Of a stretch of DNA of 64,000 nucleotides, positions 57,857 through 64,000 are shown piece by piece. The notes beneath the pieces are model-generated. The model worked only from the letters and a program-made list of their open reading frames with translations. It was not told the origin of the DNA and ran no database searches. The position numbers and the translations under genes are program-made. Origin of the DNA: Coriobacteriia bacterium (GTDB taxonomy: Bacteria > Actinomycetota > Coriobacteriia > Anaerosomatales > Anaerosomataceae); contig JAXMLJ010000044.1 of assembly GCA_034368805.1 (NCBI GenBank), positions 76-64,075 of the forward strand. The letters are read 5' to 3'. Numbering within the stretch: the first letter of the stretch is position 1; each line of letters starts with the position of its first letter.

Positions 57857-57923
57857 GAGACGGGGCCCCGCCGGTCTCGACGGGGCCCCGTCTCACACGC
57901 GCGGTCCGTCGTGCGGACCGCGC
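57857..57923. terminator. Two tandem GC-rich hairpins between convergent hutG and the CWB2 beta-propeller gene
   Basis: GAGACGGGGCC (57857-57867) pairs with GGCCCCGTCTC (57884-57894). GCGCGGTCCG (57899-57908) pairs with CGGACCGCGC (57914-57923). Confidence 0.6.
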
Positions 57924-57931
57924 CACAATCG

Positions 57932-60271
57932 CTAGAGGCCGAGAATGGCCTTCACCGCGTCTTCCACGACCGTGCTCAGCGCGTTGACGCCGCCAAAGAA
58001 CCGCACGGTCTCGATATCTGCCTTGTTGTCCTCGAGGGCGCCCTCGGCATAGCCATCGAGCGCCATCGGGGTCGTCAGCAGCACGACCGTGCGCTGCAGG
58101 CCGGCCGCGGCTCCACCCGCAAGCGCATCCGGATAGGCCTCGCCACTTGCGACGCCGACGCCGTTCCACAGCAGGCCGGCATCCACGCCCGCCTGCGCGA
58201 CCTGCGCGGCGGTGTCGTAGCGCGTGAGCCCGCCCACGCGGTCGACGGCGCTGTCACCGAGTGCTGTCTTGAGGGTCGTCTCGATCCCTGCCGGTACGGC
58301 AGCCGGGCCGCCAAGGATCATGACGTCGGTAGTGTCGGCCGGAATGTAGACCGCACCGGATCCCACGTTGGCGAGCAAGATCGGCCAGTCAAGGCCGGAC
58401 GCCAGCGGCGCGCCGGCGAGCGCATCGGGATAGTTGCTGCCTGTGGTGACGAGTGCCTTCCCCGAGTAGGTGCCACCGAGGATATCAATCACCCGGTTGG
58501 CGACCGCACGTGAGGTCCCGTAGCGGTCGTCACCTGAAAGGCGGAAGACGTAGCCCGGCAGGATCTGGTTGAGCTCGTCCTCGACCACTTCGGTCACCGC
58601 CGTGGTGCCTCCGACGATGTAGGCATGCTGTGCGCCGAGCCGCATGATCTCCGTCACCACATCCGCGGGCAGCGTGTCTGGCGTGGTGAGCAGCACCGGG
58701 CCGACGACAGCACCCGCGAGTGCTGATGCACACAGCGCGTCAGGCCAGTTGGCGCCCGTGGCGATGACGATGGTGTCTGCGCCTCTCGCAAACGCGCTCT
58801 CCGAAACGGCGACCGACGTGCCGTAGCGGTCCAGACCGCTGACACGCGATGCGCCGGGCTCGAGTACGCTACCCAGGCTGACCACGTAGACCTGCTCGTA
58901 CATGGTGTCGAACGCGGTTGCGGAGACCTCGCCGGTCGCCGCAGGGTCGTAGTAGGCCGCGCCGAGCCGCTTCTCCGACTCACTGCGCTCCCAGTTGAAG
59001 GCGAGCCACTGACCATCGCCGCTGATGGCGAGATCGTCGATGTCGCCTCCGGTCGGAGAGCCGTCGGCCGTGATGACAACGCGCCGGATCTCACCGGTGG
59101 CCATCTCCCACACGTAGATGTCCAGGTCGTAGTCGGTGTCTTCGGGCACGAAGTCGCGGCCCGACAGGAACGCGATGACCGAGCCGTCGTCACTGATGGA
59201 GGCGTGGTTGGCCCCGCGGTCGGTCTCGTTGGCCGACTCGGGCGTCTCACTCACCAGTGTGAGCTCCTCATCCGCTATCGACCACAGGTAGACATCCTTG
59301 CGCCCGTTCGTGTCCTCGGGAAGAAGAGCGGCGTCGAACGTGAGGACCACATACTCGCCATCACCGCTGATGCTGATCCGCTCAGCCGATCCGGGCGACG
59401 ACCCGTCACCGGTCACGTCCTGCCAGTGGAAGTCACCGGTATCGCGGTCCCAGATGTAGAGGTCCTGGTTGCCGTTCTCGTCTTCGGGAACGAAGTCACG
59501 GCCTGTGTGGAACGCGACGTACCGGCCGTCATCGCTGATCCCGCCCGACTGGGCGCCGCGATCGGTCACGACCGCCTCGGCCGGTGTCTCGCTCACCAGG
59601 ACGAGTTCGTCGGTCATCCACGACCAGAGGTAGACGTCATTGCGGCTGTTGGTGTCCTCCGGAAGCAAGCTCGTCCAGTACACGTCAAAGAGCACGTGCT
59701 CGCCGTTGCCGCTGATTCGGATGTCCCAGACGTAATCGCCAAGAGCGGAGCCGTCTCCCCTCGCGTCAAGCCAGGTGTACTCACCGGTCACGAGATCCTT
59801 GACGTAGAGGTCCTGGTCGCCGTTCTCGTCTTCCGGAACGAAGTCCCGGCCGGTGAAGAAGGCCACGTACCGGCCGTCATCGCTGATCGACGGGCTGCGT
59901 GCGCCCCGGTTGGGCTCGAGCGCGCCTTCGGGTGTCTCGGACACCAGATTCACACTCGACGTCATCATGTCGCGGACGAACACGTCCCGATCGCCGTCAT
60001 TGTTGACGTTCGCATTGTCGACGCCGAGGTTCGATGCGTGGGAGTCGAACGCGACATACCGTCCGTCATCGGTGATGCTCGGGTGGTAGCTGTCTTCGTT
60101 TCCCGGCTCACCGAGTGGTGAAGCGCTCACGACCTCTGGCTCGATGTAGCGCCACCATCCGCCGAAGGCGGTTCCCGGCACCATCGCCACTACCAGGCCG
60201 AGTGCGACAGCGAGTGCAACTGCTGTCCTCCCTCCCCGGCGACGTGCGGTCACTCCAGATGAACCACTCAT
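57932..60271 (-). CDS. Secreted PD40/TolB-like beta-propeller repeat protein with 3 C-terminal CWB2 repeats
   Basis: N-terminal anchor or signal (RTAVALAVALGLVVAMVPGTAFG). Seven to eight blades of the type IS.DGRYVAF....FVPEDTNG..DVY. Three DRYGTS..vA...ivIATG.NwPDAL repeats. Confidence 0.85.
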   Translation of the reverse strand: MSGSSGVTARRRGGRTAVALAVALGLVVAMVPGTAFGGWWRYIEPEVVSASPLGEPGNEDSYHPSITDDGRYVAFDSHASNLGVDNANVNNDGDRDVFVRDMMTSSVNLVSETPEGALEPNRGARSPSISDDGRYVAFFTGRDFVPEDENGDQDLYVKDLVTGEYTWLDARGDGSALGDYVWDIRISGNGEHVLFDVYWTSLLPEDTNSRNDVYLWSWMTDELVLVSETPAEAVVTDRGAQSGGISDDGRYVAFHTGRDFVPEDENGNQDLYIWDRDTGDFHWQDVTGDGSSPGSAERISISGDGEYVVLTFDAALLPEDTNGRKDVYLWSIADEELTLVSETPESANETDRGANHASISDDGSVIAFLSGRDFVPEDTDYDLDIYVWEMATGEIRRVVITADGSPTGGDIDDLAISGDGQWLAFNWERSESEKRLGAAYYDPAATGEVSATAFDTMYEQVYVVSLGSVLEPGASRVSGLDRYGTSVAVSESAFARGADTIVIATGANWPDALCASALAGAVVGPVLLTTPDTLPADVVTEIMRLGAQHAYIVGGTTAVTEVVEDELNQILPGYVFRLSGDDRYGTSRAVANRVIDILGGTYSGKALVTTGSNYPDALAGAPLASGLDWPILLANVGSGAVYIPADTTDVMILGGPAAVPAGIETTLKTALGDSAVDRVGGLTRYDTAAQVAQAGVDAGLLWNGVGVASGEAYPDALAGGAAAGLQRTVVLLTTPMALDGYAEGALEDNKADIETVRFFGGVNALSTVVEDAVKAILGL
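59456..59887. repeat. Intragenic duplication: about 84-nt segments at 59456-59539 and 59804-59887 with roughly 90 percent identity and a 348-nt period
   Basis: Both encode ISDDGRYVAF(F/H)TGRDFVPEDENG(D/N)QDLY. I counted 8 mismatches over 85 aligned nt. Confidence 0.8.
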
Positions 60272-60410
60272 TGCCTACCCCCTTCGATGCGTTCCCGGGC
60301 CCACGTGGAGCACGACTAGGCCGACGGCCCGGCGCGGCTTGATGCAACGTTTGTTCCCCTTGATGCCTGTGAACAGTCACGGAAACGCGGGCCGCGCGGT
60401 GATGGCGCTC

Positions 60411-62348
60411 CTACTGCGCCGGCTGCGGCGGCCCGGGGTGTGCGATCGGCAGGTCGAGCACGAACTCGGTCCCCGATCCCACCTCGCTGGCAACGCTCAA
60501 CCCGCCCCCAAGCAGCGTCGCGAACTCGCGAGAGATGGTCAGCCCGAGTCCCGTCCCGGGCGGCCTTGGGACATCGGCGCTCCCCACCTGCACGAACGGG
60601 TCGAAGATACCCTGCAGGTGCTCGGACCGGATTCCCGGACCCGTGTCGGTCACCGCGAAGCTCAGGCGATCGTCACCGCTGCGCATCGCAGAGAGACGCA
60701 CCCGTCCGGCGGTCGTGAACTTCACCGCGTTGCCACCGAGATTCAGCAGGACCTGCTTGAGCTTGACGTAGTCCGACGTCATCCGCATCTGGCTCCCGCA
60801 CGCATCGACGACGTCGAGCCGCAGCCCCTTCTCGGCGGCAAGCGGCTCGAGGACGCCCGCCACCTCGGCGAAGACCTCCGCGATCCCGAACTCCGTAAGC
60901 TGCAGGGTCGTCTGCCCGGACTCGATCCTTGAGAGATCCAGGATCTCGTCCACCAGAGAAAGCAGATGCCTGCCCGACTGATTGATCATGCCGATCTGCT
61001 TGCGTTGCTCACTGGTGAGCGGACCGGCAAGTTCTTGTTCGAGCAGCGTGGAGAAGCCGATGATCGAGTTGAGGGGTGTTCGAAGCTCGTGGCTCATGTT
61101 CGTGAGGAACGTGCTCTTGATGCGGCTGGCCGCGTCGAGCCGCTCGTTGGCCTGCACGAGCTCCTCATAGGCGCCGCGCAACTCCTCGGTGCGCTCGCGA
61201 ACGCGCTGCTCGAGCTCGGCGTTCAGCACGGCCACCTCCCGCTCGGCAGCCTTGCGTGCCGTGATGTCCGAGATAACGCCGTACCAGAGGGTTCCGCCGT
61301 CATCCATCCGATGCGGGATAGCGTCGCACACGCGCCACCGCAGTCCCTGTCGCGGCAAGACGACCCGGAACTCGCAGTGGAACGGCGCAAGCGTGCGCGC
61401 GGACTCGAAGATGTCGGCGGAGACGCGGTCGATGTCCTCGGGATGCAGCCGGCCGAACACGGGCGTAGCGTCTTCCCGGACCTCCTCGGGTGTGTACTCG
61501 TAGATGTCGTTCATACCGGCGCTCGAATACGGGAACGCCGAGCGCCCATCTGGATACAGACGGTACTGATAGACAACGCCCGGCACCTGTGCGGTGAGAT
61601 TAGCCAGCAGCGCGTGACTGCCCTGCAGTTCCTCCTCCGCGCGCGTGCGCTCGGTGATATCGCGACAGATGCAGAAGATCAACTTCTCGCCACCAACCGG
61701 CACGGCGTTCGTGGAGATCTCCACGTCGAAGGTCGTGCCGTCGCTGCGCCGGTGCTTCGTCTCAAACTGGTCGCCCTGGTCGTCGACGGTCCGGATCATC
61801 TCCGCGATCTCGTCGGGGCTGTACTGGTACTCCCAGTCCCACACGCTGAGCCGCCGCACCTCGTCGGGCGAATAGCGGAGCATCCGGGCGAACATGGCAT
61901 TCGCCTCGTGGACCCCTCCAGATGCGTTGAGGACCACGATGCCGTCACGCGACTGTTCGACCATCGTACGCAGCGTGAACGCCTCGGTGGCCAGCAGCAC
62001 TTCGCGCTCGGTCCGCTCGCTGACATCAACGACAATCATGAGCAGCAGATCCCGGCCCTGATAGTGTGAACGGCCGCTCCGCACATCAACCTGCCGCACG
62101 GACCCGTCCGCACTCCGGTGCCGGCGGCGTGTCTCATCCGGGCCGCCTACATGATCGTCGTGGAGCCCTGACCAGGCGCCGGGCTCAGCACCGAGATCGA
62201 TGTCGGAGAGGTTCATCGCGGTGAACTGCTCGCGCGTCCAACCGTAGAGGGCGATCGCCGCGTCATTGACCTCGAGAATCGCGTCGTTGAGCGGGTCGAC
62301 AACCAGCATCGCGAGCGTCGCGGATTCGAACAGGGAGCGCAGGAGCAT
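60411..62348 (-). CDS. Cytoplasmic multi-PAS sensor histidine kinase
   Basis: No TM segment. Three to four PAS segments. H-box [15 protein letters not shown] plus HATPase N/G boxes. TGAGGTG RBS. Confidence 0.88.
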   Translation of the reverse strand: [645 protein letters not shown]

Positions 62349-62505
62349 ACGTGTGCACCTCAGACTGGTGGTCGTGACTCACTCCAGACGTGACGTTGCC
62401 CGCGTGGCACGCTGTGGATTCCGCTGTCGACGAACACGAACAGCAAGCGCCGCGCCGTATAGCGGCCGACTCGTCCATTCGGAAGGAGCGCGCGGACCTG
62501 CGCGG

Positions 62506-63195
62506 CTAGTCGCCGATACCGCCCCGGCCGACCGACATCTTGGTCTGCAGACGCCGGGCGACGGTCGATATCGCGAAGTTGATGATGAAGTAGACAAGCG
62601 AGATCACGAGGTAGATCGTGATGATCTGCGCCGGCCTCCAGTACTTCGCCGCAAGGATCGTCCCTTTGAACATCAACTCGTAGGCACCGATCGCCATGGC
62701 GAACGACGAGTCCTTGATCACGGTGACGAACTGGGACACGATCGGCGGGATCATCTTGACCACTGCCGGCGGAAGCACGATGTAGCGCATCGACTGCAGG
62801 AACGAGAACCCTTGCGAGCGCGCTGCCTCCCACTGACCGGTCGGTACCGAGTTGAGACCGCCACGGATGACCTCGGCGATGATCGCCGAGGTGTAGATGG
62901 TGAGGCCGATAGTGGCCGCCCACATCGCGGGAAGTCCAAGCACGAAGTAGCTCACTAAGATGAGGAGCAGCGTCGGCAGGTTGCGGATGACCTCGATGTA
63001 GATCGTGGCGACATGGCTGATGACCGGCAGCCCCGTATAGCGCATCGACCCGATGATCGTCCCGAACACGAAGCTCAGCGCGATGGACAGGCCGGCGATC
63101 TGCAGCGTGAGCAAGAGGCCGTACCCCAGGCCGATGTACAGGACCGGATCGGTCAGCATCTCCATGACCGGGCTGTTCATGAAGGCTTCCATCAC
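62506..63195 (-). CDS. Polar amino acid ABC transporter permease (second of two)
   Basis: EAA loop WEAARSQGFSFLQSMRYIVLPP. The start overlaps the upstream permease stop. Confidence 0.9.
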   Translation of the reverse strand: MMEAFMNSPVMEMLTDPVLYIGLGYGLLLTLQIAGLSIALSFVFGTIIGSMRYTGLPVISHVATIYIEVIRNLPTLLLILVSYFVLGLPAMWAATIGLTIYTSAIIAEVIRGGLNSVPTGQWEAARSQGFSFLQSMRYIVLPPAVVKMIPPIVSQFVTVIKDSSFAMAIGAYELMFKGTILAAKYWRPAQIITIYLVISLVYFIINFAISTVARRLQTKMSVGRGGIGD

Positions 63196-63899
63196 GCCGC
63201 CCTCGTGCGTTCTTCAAGGCGTCGCGTGAGCACGGCCAGCGGGAAGCACATCAGGAAGTACCCGAGACCCACGAGCACGTACGTCGGACCGTAGTGGCCA
63301 TAGCGGCCCGCAAACGAGTCACCCGCGTACATGAGGTCGCCACCCGCGATGATGGCGATGACCGAGGTGTTCTTGATCAGGTTGACCGCCTGATTGGTGA
63401 GCGGCGGCAAGACGATACGCATGGCCTGCGGGATGATGATGTAGCGCATCGCCGTCACGTACGTGAATCCCTGGGACAGCGCGGCCTCGAGCTGCCCCCG
63501 CCCGATCGACTGGATCCCGGCGCGAACGACCTCGGCGATATAGGCACCGTGATACATGCCGACACCGAAGATGCCGATCACGATGACCGGGATGAACAGC
63601 CCGGGGAAGACGAGCGGTATGGCGTTGAAGAGCATGAACACCTGAATGAGCAGCGGGGTGTTCTGGTAGAACTCGACATAGGCCCGCGCCAGAGCGCGCG
63701 GGAGCTTCCAGTGCGATGCCGACATCACACCGATGACGGTCCCCAGGGCCAGCGCCATCACCAGCCCCAGGGACGCCACCAGCAGCGTTACGAGCGCTCC
63801 TTGCCAGAGCACGTCTATGTTCGAGAACACGGCCTCCCAGCGGGGTATGGAGAACGGCCCCTGCTGGAGGAAGCCTATGCTCGCGATGATCTCAGACAT
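63192..63899 (-). CDS. Polar amino acid ABC transporter permease (first of two)
   Basis: EAA loop LEAALSQGFTYVTAMRYIIIPQ. Confidence 0.9.
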   Translation of the reverse strand: MSEIIASIGFLQQGPFSIPRWEAVFSNIDVLWQGALVTLLVASLGLVMALALGTVIGVMSASHWKLPRALARAYVEFYQNTPLLIQVFMLFNAIPLVFPGLFIPVIVIGIFGVGMYHGAYIAEVVRAGIQSIGRGQLEAALSQGFTYVTAMRYIIIPQAMRIVLPPLTNQAVNLIKNTSVIAIIAGGDLMYAGDSFAGRYGHYGPTYVLVGLGYFLMCFPLAVLTRRLEERTRAA

Positions 63900-63926
63900 G
63901 CCCGGTTGTTCTCCGATCGCGAAGGA

Positions 63927-64000
63927 TCAGAGTCCCCACTTGGCAAGCAGAGCGTCCATCTCACCATTGCCCTGCATGTCGATGAGCATCTCATTGATGA
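63927..64000 (-). CDS. Amino acid ABC transporter substrate-binding protein, 3' end only (runs off window)
   Basis: My translation of the minus strand is ..INEMLIDMQGNGEMDALLAKWGL*, a typical family-3 SBP C-terminus. The stop is at 63927-63929. Confidence 0.6.
   Translation of the reverse strand, partial: INEMLIDMQGNGEMDALLAKWGL

Noticed and set aside
57861-57890. Direct repeat CGGGGCCCCG twice, 10 nt apart, considered as a mini CRISPR-like or tandem repeat.
   Set aside because: There are only two copies. They are self-complementary and sit within a hairpin between convergent genes. A terminator or REP-like structure explains them.

Overview
GC-rich (by eye about two-thirds G+C, third codon positions mostly G/C), densely packed chromosomal segment from a Gram-positive-type bacterium. 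Codon usage looks like a high-GC monoderm such as Actinomycetota, which is inference only. I support about 56 protein-coding genes and one insertion sequence, and found no rRNA, tRNA or CRISPR array. Layout from left to right: a partial YVTN beta-propeller gene; an IS element with doubled terminal repeats; a DEAD-box helicase; and a Cys/His-rich pseudo-receiver protein with rlmA. A wall-polymer (teichoic-acid-like) cluster spans about 6.1-16.6 kb. It holds a CE4 deacetylase, three TagF-family phosphotransferases, a cytidylyltransferase plus SDR pair for CDP-alditol synthesis, an ABC-2 exporter whose ATPase has a Wzt_C-like tail, and a large GT2. arcC is translationally coupled to that GT2. Next come a degenerate HMA/cupredoxin membrane protein, a giant S8 protease with three CWB2 wall-binding repeats, nitroreductase and arcA, and a LemA/TPM pair followed by co-directional M28 peptidase, GatB/YqeY-domain and VOC genes. 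Then a MarR regulator with a heterodimeric ABC exporter, a CaCA antiporter, a CWB2-anchored phospholipase-C-like protein, an ABC-2 efflux pair and an amino-acid ABC importer. The right half holds acylphosphatase, three paralogous PAS histidine kinases with no response regulator nearby, PAP2/Rieske/GlsB small genes, and ku plus a frameshifted ligD. It ends with the hutH-hutU-hutI/hutG histidine-utilisation cluster, a CWB2-anchored PD40 beta-propeller protein and a second amino-acid ABC importer that runs off the window. The most interesting signals are listed here. (1) Three unrelated exoproteins share a C-terminal triple CWB2 module, next to a polymer-synthesis cluster that could make their wall ligand. 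(2) ligD is interrupted by a 1-nt change in a C-run exactly inside a conserved motif. (3) A Cys4/His protein is fused to a receiver domain that lacks the phospho-acceptor Asp. (4) arcC is embedded in the glycopolymer operon. I see no clear-cut new defence or mobile system. Start codons are my choices from ORF-track codon counting plus visible RBS motifs, and they are less certain than stop codons.
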